A stretch of DNA of 64,000 nucleotides from Macrostomum lignano (taxonomy: Eukaryota). The DNA is taken from positions 682,001-746,000 of the forward strand of contig NIVC01000175.1 of assembly GCA_002269645.1 (NCBI GenBank), in the 5' to 3' direction. The notes below the pieces were generated by a model. The model made no database searches. It had not been told where the DNA came from and worked only from the letters and a program-made list of their open reading frames with translations. Below are positions 12,601-24,212 of the stretch, piece by piece; the stretch's first letter is position 1, and every line of letters begins with the position of its first letter. A program made the position numbers and the translations under genes.

Positions 12601-12639
12601 GTTATTTCAGTTACTACAGTTCTGAAAACATTGCTTTGA
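671..12639 (+). CDS. TRABD2: TIKI/TRABD2-family (TraB/PrgY/GumN fold) Wnt-cleaving metalloprotease, 6 exons, 499 aa
   Basis: join(671..790,6628..6932,9592..10184,10707..10884,12257..12412,12492..12639) = 1500 nt, all GT-AG, phases 0/2/1/2/2 consistent. Exon 1 is a signal peptide (MRQYSVLALSLLLVGLLLLAAASDG...DDCSQ). Exon 2 [26 protein letters not shown]...ELDLT...CQM matches TIKI [27 protein letters not shown]...ELDLT...CQM. Exon 3 has RRRPIWL, LESAQDQCRPLN, YRCG, RDLRMAERI, FAVGVG; exon 4 continues GH. Hydrophobic C-terminus. Exons 1, 5 and 6 are less certain than exons 2-4. Confidence 0.9.
999..1256. repeat. 24-bp minisatellite AGGCGCCAGAATAGAACTCATGGA, ~10 copies (TIKI intron 1)
   Basis: Direct reading of the tandem unit. 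Confidence 0.95.
2411..2941. repeat. 23-bp minisatellite CATGGATGACGTCCCGAATGCAC, ~23 copies (TIKI intron 1)
   Basis: Tandem unit, CpG-rich. Confidence 0.95.
3692..4425. repeat. 34-bp minisatellite GAGACTAGATGTTTCCAATTCTCAGAATCTCAGT, ~21 diverged copies
   Basis: Units at 3693, 3727, 3761... Confidence 0.93.
6160..6590. repeat. CT-rich low-complexity tract before TIKI exon 2
   Basis: (CTCTCCC)-like polypyrimidine tract. Confidence 0.9.
6933..8572. repeat. 24-bp G-rich minisatellite GTGGGTCAGGGATTGGGATTCTAA, ~68 copies, starting at the TIKI intron 2 donor
   Basis: Tandem unit; source of the 476-560 aa artefact ORFs. Confidence 0.97.
9040..9540. repeat. 17-18-bp minisatellite GGGGAATGTGACATTCA(A) (TIKI intron 2)
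   Basis: Tandem unit, more degenerate at the 5' end. Confidence 0.92.
10283..10676. repeat. 26-bp palindromic minisatellite GACAGGGGATAGTGTCACACCTGTTA (TIKI intron 3)
   Basis: Period 26 (10289, 10315...); contains GTGT-C-ACAC and CCTGT-TAG-ACAGG dyads. Confidence 0.96.
10968..12260. repeat. 20-bp minisatellite ACTGTAAGCCTGTCAGACAT, ~64 copies (TIKI intron 4)
   Basis: Tandem unit, runs into the exon 5 acceptor. Confidence 0.97.
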
Positions 12640-12880
12640 TTTTTGGGGGCATTGATAACAATTTTAATTTCAATTCAAAAGAGCATTGACACCTCAATTG
12701 TACACACATGTGTTTATTTTTATTCCGGGTTTTCTCACGCTAACATCTACCTCTGGTTTGCAACCATTGTCACAATTGCATTCTTCATTATCCAGTGTTT
12801 ATGCTATTCGAAAAAATGCTGCGCATATACGTTCCTGACATTCGAGTTTGTGAATTTTTTTTTAGCTGAGCTGCTTGATG

Positions 12881-12886
12881 AATAAA
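12881..12886 (+). other. Candidate polyadenylation signal of the TIKI gene
   Basis: AATAAA about 240 nt after the stop codon, in AT-rich sequence. Confidence 0.35.
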
Positions 12887-13064
12887 ACAAATATGACAAA
12901 AATCAATACTTATTTTAGTATTGTGTACAATGTACTTTAAACATTTTATTTATATTTATGCTTTTTCGTACGACTTGAGCTTACTGTAAGTAAAGTTAAT
13001 TGTAAATTGTTATAAAAAAATACTCGTCTTTTGATAAATTGTAAATTGTTGGCCCTTAAAAGAT

Positions 13065-13471
13065 TCACCTGTGTGTCACCTGTAGACACCTGGAATAGTG
13101 TCACACCTGTTAGACAGGGGATAGTGTCACACCTGTTAGACAGAGGATAGTGTCACACCTGTTAGACAGGGGATAGTGTCACACCTGTTAGACAGGGGAT
13201 AGTGTCACACCTGTTAGACAGGGGATAGTGTCACACCTGTTAGACAGGGGATAGTGTCACACCTGTTAGACAGGGGATAGTGTCACACCTGTTAGACAGG
13301 GGATAGTGTCACACCTGTAAGACAGGGGATAGTGTCACACGTGTTAGACAGGAGATAGTGTCACACCTGTTAGACAGGGGATAGTGTCACACCTGTTAGA
13401 CAGGGGATAGTGTCACACCTGCTAGACAGGGGATAGTGTCACCTGTTAGACAGGGGTTGGGTTCACCTGTT
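13065..13471. repeat. Second array of the same 26-bp unit, between the convergent TIKI and GPCR 3' ends
   Basis: Unit identical to 10283..10676. Confidence 0.96.
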
Positions 13472-13499
13472 ATTCGATCTCTAAGTGCACCAACGAGTT

Positions 13500-15148
13500 T
13501 CAGGTGGTAATCGCAATATCCTTTAGCCGTCCTTCTGTCGCATCCGTCACCTTGGCAGTGAGCTCCCGGCCTCCTCCAGCATTGCTTTCGGGCCGCTTGC
13601 AGACGGAGCAGCAACCTGTCAGCAGCAGGATTCGAACTCGCGTACGCAATCGGCTGGACATTGTTAGGCAGATGTAGAAATTGATGCCGTGGTTTGTGTA
13701 GGCCAGTAGCAGCAAGAAGCTGTACAGCCTCTGAGATTCGTTCGACCAGTGGATGACGCTCAGCGATCGAAGGACCATCAGCAGTCTGAGGGAACGATTA
13801 GATGAAAAACTGGGTGTTATATATTGTATATAAGGTACCACAGTGAAAGCTAAAATTGCTTTCACGTGTTAATAATTACCATATGAAGCCTAATTTACAG
13901 TCAAGCGATGAGTGCCAAGAATAGTGTCAGTAGGGACGCCAAAGTGAGTGTCAGTAGGGACGCCAAGTTGAGTGTCAGTAGGGGCGCCAAGTTAGTGTCA
14001 GTAGGGACGCCAAGTTGAGTGTCAGTAGGGGCGCCAAGTTAGTGTCAGTAGGGACGCCAAGTTGAGTGTCAGTAGGGACGCCAAAGTGAGTGTCAGTAGG
14101 GGCGCCAAAATGAGTGTCAGTAGGGGCGCCAAAGTGAGAGTCAGTAGGGGCGCCAAGTGAGTGTCAGTGAGGGCGCTTAAGTGAGTGCCAGAGACACTGC
14201 AACAAGCAACAAATTGTGCATTTTATACCTGGCAGGTAGCATGGTAACTAAAAAGAACGCCGACAAGACTAGCAGCATTCGAAAAGTTCGAATTTCCTTT
14301 CGAGAAGTTGAGGCCGCAGACGTTTTCGTTAACGAAGCCATTGAGGCGAGTTTTGCCAATGCGATCAAGTTGCTTAGCAACAAGATGATTGCAGGTAAAA
14401 GCAATCTTAAAATCAGATCGGCAATGGAGAAAGTAGACAGCAGATCTACTAGAGCTATACAGCATTGGCTACCAGGCGATTCAAGTCGCATGGCAACCAG
14501 CACAACGACATTCTTAGCGCAGGAAGCAACTAGCATGGTTGTCATAGCAACCAGACAAGCTCGTCTAGTGAACAGACGTCTAGCAGTGAGCGGCGCCAAG
14601 ATGCAAGCCAGCCTCTCGCAGCTCACGGTGCAGAGAAGCCACACGGCCAATTCTGTTGCCAGGTGAGCCAAAAAAGTCTGACCTGGACAGAGCAGCTGAC
14701 CCAGCAACGATTCGGCTGGCAGAGCCTCGCGGATGTCCCAGTTGGCCAGCGCGAGGCCGGCGTGACGTCCTGCGGCAACCAGCAGGCTGGCGAGGTCGGC
14801 AACAGCGAGATAGCGTAGCAGAACTCGCGTTGATTCGGCAACGACAACGGGTGCTGCAGCTTGGCGATGCTTTGCAGCAGCAGAGAAAGCCAGTACAGCA
14901 ATAACGTTGCCGATAGCTCCGAAGATTAGCAGTCCAACGGCCGACAGGCCGAGAATTAATCGGCCGGTGTCAATCTCGACTTGATGGCCGAGTTCAAAGT
15001 CGTCCGAGGAGGTGAAGTTACTTGCGTTGCTCGCTTTGGAACTTGCTATGGAAGAGGCAGAAATTACGGACGGGCAGGTTAAGCTGATTCTGGAAGACTC
15101 CCAGTTGTCGAATTGAGTATGTTCCAACATTATGCTTGTTGAATCCAT
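13500..15148 (-). CDS. Rhodopsin-class (class A) GPCR, divergent peptide/FMRFamide-receptor-like, 2 exons, 401 aa
   Basis: complement(join(13500..13785,14229..15148)); phase-2 intron AG|GTATAA...TTCCCTCAG|A. Seven hydrophobic segments; TM1 GN (FGAIGNVIAV), TM2 LAVADL, TM3 CERL (DRY equivalent), TM6 FFLVTMLP, TM7 TNHGINFYIC, helix 8 SSRLR. Confidence 0.88.
13922..14190. repeat. 23-24-bp minisatellite GAGTGTCAGTAGGG(A/G)CGCCAAGT(T/G) (GPCR intron)
   Basis: Tandem unit. Confidence 0.93.
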
Positions 15149-16241
15149 GCATTTAGTGTGGTGAGCTTTTTTGTGTCCACAGGTTTAGTCTTTAATTTAT
15201 ATTCCTATGGATGCCGAATCCTTGCGATATGCATTGATAACTTTGTTTGTTTAAGTGTTTCAAACTCTGAAGTACGAGAGTACGTGCGAGAGTACGCGTT
15301 TGCACGGTAGAAATGACGTATTCCAACGAATCAATCGAGAAACTGATTAATTTTGCTCAAACGTCAGCACGATATTTATAGTCACAATATATACTCATGG
15401 CCGGGATTAAATTTTATGGTTGATAAGACTCATAGTACTCGAGTACATGATATTTGTACAGGTTTGAGCACACGCTATCATTTTATTACTTGTCAAGCTT
15501 TAACTGCAAATATGATTTATTATCTATACGGACTGGCATATAGACTTGATAACAATTTTCTAATTCCGTGCTAAGCATATGTACTTTAGCGTTCCAGACA
15601 TGTACTGTACATATGTATTTTCCTGTCATGAAATACATACATGTACATGTTCTTTAGCGCTCCTGACGCATGTACATGTGTATAGTAAGATGTAGTCTGG
15701 CACCCCTCAAGCACTTACAACAAGTTAATTACTTTGTTAATTATTGTTAAAGTGAATAAATAAAGCAATATATTTATAAACTATAATTCTTTGAACCTTT
15801 CACAGCAAGGCAACACAAACAAGAAGGCCTGTATAGGACATACCACGTCCGGATATCACAAAAATTTGCAACACTAAACAGGTGTCTTTTTATGATTTTG
15901 AACTAGTAACTATAAACTACAGTATACGTGACAATCAAAAGTTTAATATTGCATTGTCATTGAAATTGAAGCTAATGTTGTATAAGTAACGAAGTGTACA
16001 AGCAAAATTGTACATAATTCTGGTTGCTAGAATGGGTTCTGGGTAATAATATCACTAATATTTGAAATAGAGAATTTAAATTTATGCATTAAAAAAGACG
16101 TCTAACAAAATACAAACCCCTGCAGACTACTACTCATAAAGAGTCAGTAGCATATACAGGTTAGATTTTTGTTTAATTTTGTGCAATCAAAAAACTTTCA
16201 ATTGTCTCAAACAGTAAAACAACATAAAAGGCCGATTTTTT

Positions 16242-19200
16242 TCAAGTGTACGAGAGCCACTTAAACCAATCCGTTGCCGTTGCTACGGTCAACTTGTTGC
16301 TTAGTAACCACCAGAGACGTAGCATTCCTAGCAACCATCCTAGCTTCGTCATCAACGTTGCCGTTGTCTCGATCAGCCTGATCCTCGCATCAATGACGGC
16401 CTGATCGCGGAGTCGAATGCGCCTTGGCGGCCCGCTGACCACCAGGTCATCGTCCACTTCGCCTGAGCATTCGACATCCAATTGTTCTTCATCAATCTCA
16501 GCGCTGCCGGCTGCAGCATCCCCGTTGCAGCCGCTGACTGACAAAGATTGAGCCGCAGCCGCCGTTAACGCGGACATTGCCGAGTGCAACGCGGCCGCGG
16601 CCACTCCGGCACCCAGAGCGACGCCTCCAAGTACGTCGCTCCAATGATGTTTATAGTCCGACACCCGACTGTAGCCGACACAGAGGCCAATAAGGATTAG
16701 GAACAGCTGGGTACCGAATCTGCAGGTGTTGTCATTGGAAACAATTAAAATATACTAATTTTAGTTACTAAATGCGCTGAAATGGCGCCAAAATGAGTGT
16801 CAGTAGGGGAGCAAAATGAGTGTCAGTAGTTAGTAGGGGCGCCAAAATGAGTGTCAGTAGGGGAGCAAAATGAGTGTCAGTAGTTAGTAAGGGCGCCAAA
16901 ATGAGTGTCAGTAGTTAGTAGGGGCGCCAGAATGAGTGTCAGTAGTTAGTAGGGGCGCCAAAATGAGTGTCAGTAAGGGCGCCACAATGAGTGTCAGTAA
17001 GGGCGCTAAAATGAGTGTCAGTATGGGAGCCACAATGAGTGTCAGTATGGGAGCCACAATGAGTGTCAGTAGGGGCGCCAAAATGAGTGTCAGTAGAGGC
17101 GCCAAAATGAGTGTCAGTAGGGGCGCTAAAATGAGTGTCAGTATGGGAGCCACAATGAGTGTCAGTAGGGGCGCCAAAATGAGTGTCAGTAAGGGCGCTA
17201 AAATGAGTGTCAGTATGGGAGCCACAATGAGTGTCAGTAGGGGCGCCAAAATGAGTGTCAGTAGAGGCGCCAAAATGAGTGTCAGTAGGGGCGCTAAAAT
17301 GAGTGTCAGTATGGGAGCCACAATGAGTGTCATTAGGGGCGCCAAAATGAGTGTCAGTAGAGGCGCCAAAATGAGTGTCAGATGGGGCGCCACAATGAGT
17401 GTCAGTAGGGGCGCTAAAATGAGTGTCAAGGGGCGCCAAAATTCGCGACACAAAGAACCGAACTTTTCTCTCTGAAAAGTCACTATCCCAAATCTCAGCT
17501 CCTTTCATTTTGACTCATTAATATTACTCAAGTCAGCCTGTTTCATCCATAACTGAGATCGATTTCCTGGAGACTATGCGCAATCAATGATGAACCGAAC
17601 TGGTACACGTAGTAATGTTATAAAATGTATAATGTTGTTATACATCATTATAATGAAATTTACAAGCCAATCAATATTGCTGTTACATGTTAAACATAAA
17701 GCGATCGAATATGCCAATTTCCTTTGCAGCTAAATGAGAAAGGATCGCATGAAAAGGGACAGGCGGACTAATAATTCAACATAATTATCAGGAATATTTT
17801 CTGTTCTATTCTCTCTGATATGATAATTTCACCAAGAGAATCTCACCCCTTTTATCTGATAATCTCACCAACAGAATCTATCTCACCCGTTTCTTTGATA
17901 ATCTAACCAAGAGAATCTCACCCACTGATACTCTGATTCTCTGATACTCTTACCGAGAATCTTACCCGTTTCTCCTATAATCTCACCCTTTTCTCTGATA
18001 AACTCACCAATAGAATCTCACCGGCTTATCTGATAATCTTACCAAGAGAATCCCACCCGTTTCTCCTATAATCTCACCCTTTTTCTCTGATAATCTCACC
18101 GGCTTATCTGATAATCTTACCAAGAGAATCCCACCCGTTTCTCCTATAATCTCACCCTTTTTCTCTGATAATCTCACCGGCTTATCTGATAATCTTACCA
18201 AGAGAATCCCACCCGTTTCTCCTATAATCTCACCCTTTTTCTCTGATAATCTCACCGGCTTATCTGATAATCTTACCAAGAGAATCTCACCCCTTTTCTC
18301 TGATAAACTCACCAAGAGAATCTCACCCGTTTCTATGATAGCCTCACCAAAAGAATCTCAATCCTTTTCTCTGATCTCACAAAGAGAATCTCGCCGTTTC
18401 TCCGATAATCTCACCAACAAAATTTCACTAGTTTTTCTGATAATCTCACTTGAGAGAGACTTATAGACCAATGATAATCTCAATCAGGAGAATCTTGAAT
18501 TGTTATAATTCTCTCGGACTCACCTGGCAGCGGGACAGCCTCCGAGCTTCATGTGCAAATAGCCAGCCAAAAACACAACAACAAACAGACTGTAGGACGT
18601 GTGGCCGCTAGGAAACGACATTTGAGCATCTTTAAACTCCCACTTCGACATAGTTGGCCGACAAATCGACACAGGATAAGGGACGCTGGAATTGCACAGA
18701 TCGCCGAGAATGTCAGGATCTGGTTTGCAGGCCTCAAGGAAGTAGGGCCGGTGCCTGCCCAGAGCCAGTTTGGCACTGACTGTCAGCAGCTCAGTGGCGG
18801 AGCAGCCCAAGCAAAAATAGTACAGCCAGATCATACAGTTCGACCAGCGATGGCGCCTCCGTTGATGCCGGTAATTCTGTGCAGAGGCGGTATTGTCACC
18901 ATTAATATTATTATTAATATCATTTGAATTGGGACCTCGCAGCACTTCGAACCAGAAGATTAGGATGGTTGCCAAGGCTACGCCTAACGGTGCGCAGACG
19001 GCGTATGGTACGGTGCTGCCGGGCGGGATGAGATACCTCAGGCTCTGATCGGTGCAAAAAAATCGCCTAGGAAATGGTGCGACAAACAGGTGCAGAGCGC
19101 CGAATATTAAACAGATAGACAGTAGGAAACAGATTCGTGAGATTACAGTTAGCACTAATCTGTGCCTGCTGTTGGCGTTCCGATAGCAGCGAGGAGACAT
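16242..19200 (-). CDS. PLPP: PAP2-family phospholipid phosphatase (PLPP/LPP, wunen-like), 2 exons, 384 aa
   Basis: complement(join(16242..16719,18524..19200)); phase-2 intron AG|GTGAGT...CTGCAG|A. All three PAP2 motifs are intact: C1 KLALGRHRP, C2 SFPSGH, C3 SRVSDYKHHWSD. N-terminal RRFFCTDQSLRY; about six TM segments. Confidence 0.92.
16783..17440. repeat. 24-bp minisatellite GAGTGTCAGTAGGGGCGCCAAAAT, ~27 copies (PLPP intron)
   Basis: Same family as 13922..14190. Confidence 0.95.
17825..18480. repeat. ATAATCTCACC-based compound array with a 78-bp higher-order unit (PLPP intron)
   Basis: TGATAATCTTACC recurs at 18031 and 18109 (78 bp). Confidence 0.9.
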
Positions 19201-20414
19201 GTTTTATTTAATCGGTCGAGTTTTGCTAGTTTTCCTTATATAGGTTATACAATAAAAAAATCTAACAGTTCACTCGGCCATAGACAATTCAGCTGTCGCT
19301 CTTTACTTCTTATGTTATGGCATGAGCCTTGTATTTAGGAGAGAGTGGAAAAGGAAGGCTAGAGAATTAAGAGAGAGCTTATATTATTGTGCTGTGACTG
19401 TGACTCATTTCTAATGGAATATGACTGCTGAGCGAGCGGACCTAACTAAAGGGGGTGGGGGTGCCACGCCTCAGTCACGCCTAAGCATTGGGTTCACTGC
19501 CTGGCCCCATCCCCCACAAAACCCACCACCTCACACGCCCCTCACACACAAGCGAATCCAGCGCGGGTGAGAGTGGACAACCCCCGCCCACTAAAAATAA
19601 CCCGTCAAAGAGGCGCACGAACACAACCCCAAGACCAACCCCCAGCCTTCCCTCCAATTAACAGCACCCGCCACCCCAATCGGTCCGTCCATTTCATTTT
19701 CATTTTAACTGGGTTTTTGCCACACGCCACACGCCACACGCCTCTCGTGTACTCCAGTCCACACTCCACAGTCCACTTGTGAAATGAAATGTTAATGTAA
19801 TGGAAGGTGGAACGATCAGGAACCTTTTGTTCGTTCGTGCATTCGTTTACTTCCACCTCGCAGAGTAAGCTGAATAAACTTACCACTATATAAGTATGCG
19901 CGAACTTGGTGCGCCCTGCGGACTTCAGTTTAGCAAAACCTAATTTCATTTTTTTGTAATCAATAACAATTAAACTTTGCAACAACAAGGCATAGGCAAC
20001 TGGCACTCCGTTTTAATACAGTAGATCTTACTAATTTTAAGTTTGGAGTGGTCCACACTTTTTACTGCTCTTATCTTATCTGTACTGTTATCTATCCATT
20101 AAATAGTATATTTAATTTATGATCTTCACATACGCATGCATAACCATACCAGCTTTAAACTAAATTACAGTTAATTTAACAAACTGCTATTTGCCTTACA
20201 TATAGTGAGTAAAGATTTTAATCTATCTGAGCGCTAAAAGGGTAGAAGTCAAAAGACTCAAAGTCAAAACACAAAAAATTAAATCGATAGATAAAAATAA
20301 TTGACTATGCGCAAAAAATTAGTTGCACTATGCGTGTACTTACTACTTTCCGAATGTAAAGCTTGCACTTTTAAGCCATAAGGGCATAGTGCAGAACGGC
20401 GCTGGTTCGTGTTA

Positions 20415-20614
20415 TGCCATTTCATAAAGGGGCGCCATTTCATTCGAAAGAGGCACCATTTCATTTGAGAGGGGCGCCATTTCATTTTATGGAGGCGTCA
20501 TTTATTTTCAGAGGCGCCATTTAATTTGAGAAATTATAAATCTCTTTTCCCTGAGTCTGGCTCGCGAGTATGGGAAATTGTTTTTACCGATTTTAACTTC
20601 CGGAATGCTATACA

Positions 20615-20660
<46 letters not shown>
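20415..20660. repeat. Short GGCGCCATTT(C)ATT array (20415..20530) and (CT)n microsatellite (20616..20659)
   Basis: Direct reading. Confidence 0.8.
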
Positions 20661-20879
20661 ACATGACCGTGGCGACTAATGCTACATGTAATGTGTAAAT
20701 TGTATACTAGTATAAAAATGCAATACCAAAATGTTTTGGCCATTTTGTATTTCGTAGATATGTATTACATGCGAGTGTTGATGCAAATTCGATTTAAATA
20801 GATTTAAAAAATGATATAGATGTGATTAAAGAAGTGATAGATCGAGGAACAGGATGTGACAGGAGGGACATAGGAGGGT

Positions 20880-21216
20880 GATAGAAGGGTACAGTGTGTG
20901 ATAGAAGGGTACAGTGTGTGATAGAAGGGTACAGTGTGTGATGGAAGGCTACAGTGTGTGATAGAATTGCACAGTGTGTGATAGACGGCTAGTGTGTGAT
21001 AGAAGGCTACAGTGTGTGATAGAAGGGTACAGTGTGTGATACAAGGCTACAGTGTGTGATAGAAGAGTACAATGTGTGATAGAAGGCTACAGTGTGTGAT
21101 AGAAGAGTACAATGTGTGATAGAAGGCTACAGTGTGTGATAGAAGAGTACAATGTGTGATAGAAGGCTACAGTGTGTGATAGAAGAGTACAATGTGTGAT
21201 AGAAGGCTACAGTGTG
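20880..21216. repeat. 20-bp minisatellite AGTGTGTGATAGAAGGGTAC
   Basis: Period 20. Confidence 0.93.
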
Positions 21217-21534
21217 TACAGTATAGATTGACAGATTAGAGTACAGTACAGTATGGAATAAAGAGTTTCACAGGAAGTGCCAGAGGACAGCATGCCAGAG
21301 CAAAAATATCATTTTATTCAACTTTATTAACCGAAAGAGACGTATTTGAGTATCTAAGACAACCGTTTTATCTATTACAGTAGGTGATTTGTGCGCATAA
21401 TAAATTAATGTATATGGAATAAATAATATTTCTGTATGGTGGGTGTTAGTAGCTTTTTAGTGGCACAGCTATGTGAAACATAATTACTAATTACTAGATC
21501 AACAATCAACCGAAACTTACTTAAAGAAGTTAGA

Positions 21535-21720
21535 CTATGTGTGACCTGTTAGACAGAAGTGTCACCTTTTATGACTGTTTGACAAAGAGTGTCACTTGTT
21601 AGACAGTTAGTGTCACTTGTTAGACAAAGAATGTCACCTGTTTGCCAAATAGTGTCTAAGACAGGAGTATCACATGTTAGACAGGAGATAAGTGTCACTT
21701 GTCAGTAATAATAGGAATAA
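21535..21720. repeat. Degenerate relic of the GTGTCAC..TGTTAGACAG 26-bp family
   Basis: Repeated GTGTCAC(C/T)TGTTAGACA variants. Confidence 0.6.
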
Positions 21721-22295
21721 GTGTCATCCTATAAGGTCGACCTGAGAAGTTGCTAAGCTACAGAAACAATTGGCCGTTCTGAGTAAATTTAATATAAATT
21801 TGCTAAATACTCTACTTACGACCTACATAAGTAGAGTAACCAGAATGCTGAATTTAAACGCGCTGTTTGTTTCAAAAAATATAGATTGTATTGACTGTTT
21901 ACGAGTAGTCTAGTCAGTGAGTTAGCGCATGAATATCTTGTTTAAAGTATTGTCTTCTAGGGGAAGAACTGCAACATGGCAGCAGGATGCACTCAACGTA
22001 ACGACCGGGACTGCTATTGAAGCTGAGATGTTTAGCTTGGCGCCAGCACTCCGACACTCGAATTCCGCTGCCATAGACAACTGCAGGCTGGCGATGGGGT
22101 GCCAGGTAGATTGTCTCCGAGTAAGTTAAACAACCTTCTACTGATGGAGCCACGGGGGCTGCGTAATAGTCAGTTGACTCAGTTTCTTCTGTAGTAAGTT
22201 GATTGGCCCCGATGCAGAAGACAGTGGACGGAGTGTTGGCGGAGCCGCTTTGCAGTGTTGACTAAAAAGAGGATTTAAACCATAGACAAAAATTG

Positions 22296-23265
22296 GTGAG
22301 AGTAATAACCGTGAGAGTCACAGAGAATCTACCGTGAGAGTCACAGAGAATCTACAGTGAGAGTCACAGATAATCTACCGTGAGAGTCACAGAGAATCTA
22401 CCGTGAGAGTCACAGAGAATCTACAATGAGAGTCACAGATAATCTACCGTGAGAGTCACAGAGAATCTACAGTGAGAGTCACAGATAATCTACCGTGAGA
22501 GTCACAGAGAATCTACAGTGAGAGTCACAGATAATCTACAGTGAGAGTCACAGATAATCTACCGTGAGAGTCACAGAGAATCCACAGTGAGAGTCACAGA
22601 GAATCTACAGTGAGAGTCACAGAGAATATACAGTGAGAGTCACAGATAATCTACCGTGAGAGTCACAGAGAATCTACCGTGAGAGTCACAGAGAATCTAC
22701 AGTGAGAGTCACAGAGAATCTACAGTGAGAGTCACAGAGAATCTACCGTGAGAGTCACAGAGAATCTACCGTGAGAGTCACAGATAATCTACCGTGAGAG
22801 TCACAGAGAATCTACCGTGAGAGTCACAGATAATCTACAGTGAGAGTCACAGAGAATCTACAGTGAGAGTCACAGATAATCTACCGTGAGAGTCACATAG
22901 AATCTACAGTGAGAGTCACAGATAATCTACCGTGAGAGTCACAGAGAATCTACCGTGAGAGTCACAGAGAATCTACAGTGAGAGTCACAGAGAATCTACA
23001 GTGAGAGTCACAGATAATCTACCGTGAGAGTCACAGAGAATCTACAGTGAGAGTCACAGAGAATCTACAGTGAGAGTCACAGATAATCTACAGTGAGAGT
23101 CACAGAGAATCTACAGTGGGAGTCACAGAGAATCTACAGTGAGAGTCACAGAGAATCTACCGTGAGAGTCACAGAGAATCTACAGTGAGAGTCACAGAGA
23201 ATCTACAGTGAGAGTCACAGAGAATCTACAGTGAGAGTCACAGAGAATCTACCGTGAGACTCACA
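22296..23265. repeat. 23-bp minisatellite GTGAGAGTCACAGAGAATCTAC(C/A), ~42 copies
   Basis: Tandem unit starting at a donor-like G|GTGAGA. Confidence 0.96.
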
Positions 23266-23721
23266 GAGATTTTACTATGGTTAGTCACGAGTTTATTAAA
23301 TAGTTTTATTGATTTATTTATTTTACAGGAAAGCAGTTTAAATTAGCCTTACCACTTGACTCATGCTCAGATGAAGAATCTGTTTGGAGTGTGGAATCGC
23401 CAGTTGAACTTATCTCGGTGGCACAGGGGGGGGCGCTACTAGCAAGCCATTGACTTGGTATTTAAAAGGAACGGTTGCAAATATAAAGTCCCTGACAATT
23501 AAAATAGTATACACTAGTGATACGAGCATATAGCTGAAACCAACACTCGAATAAGTGCTCATTTCCGGTCCAATTATTTTTTGAGTTTGGCCAGCTAAAA
23601 AAACTAAAATGTTTTTCGTTTTAGCTGTCAGGGTTATTTTGAAGGTCAGTCGCTGGTGTGTTTTTTGGATTTAACTCTCTGGCTGTGAGGGTAATTTTAG
23701 CGACATCATGTATATATTGTT

Positions 23722-23968
23722 GAGATTTCAGTGTCTAACATGTTACAGTGAAAATCTAACAGATCTCCAGTGTCCATGCCTAACATACTACAATGAAAGT
23801 TTAACAGATATCCAGTGTCTAACATGTCTAACATGTTACAATGAAAGTTTAACAGATATCCAGTGTCTAACATGTCTAACATGTTACAGTGAAAATCTAA
23901 CAGATATCCAGTGTCTAACATGTCCAGCATGTTACAGTGAAAATCTAACAGATATCCAGTGTCTAACA
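23722..23968. repeat. Compound AACATGT / CAGATATCCAGTGTCT array
   Basis: About five ~48-bp compound units. Confidence 0.8.
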
Positions 23969-24212
23969 GTTCAAAAAGAGACTTTTCTGTCGAAATTCTG
24001 TCCATCTGCGCCAAAAGAACGTTACAGAAACATACAGAAGGCTCAAAAGCAATGCTCAACAATCTTTCGATTTGAGCCAATCAGAGAAATGAAGGAATAG
24101 AGAAAAAATGGGAATGAGTTAACGAGCGGCTTATAAGACAGTTTGGGAAGGCTTGATCCTTCGAGCCGAATTCTCCAAAACCCTTGCTACCCCGACTGCA
24201 TCCTTTGTCGCC

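Noticed and set aside
14181-14904. Plus-strand ORFs over the GPCR; similar antisense ORFs at 18553-18927, 24131-24442, 41976-42242 and 52680-53000
   Set aside because: Antisense shadows of GC-rich coding exons.
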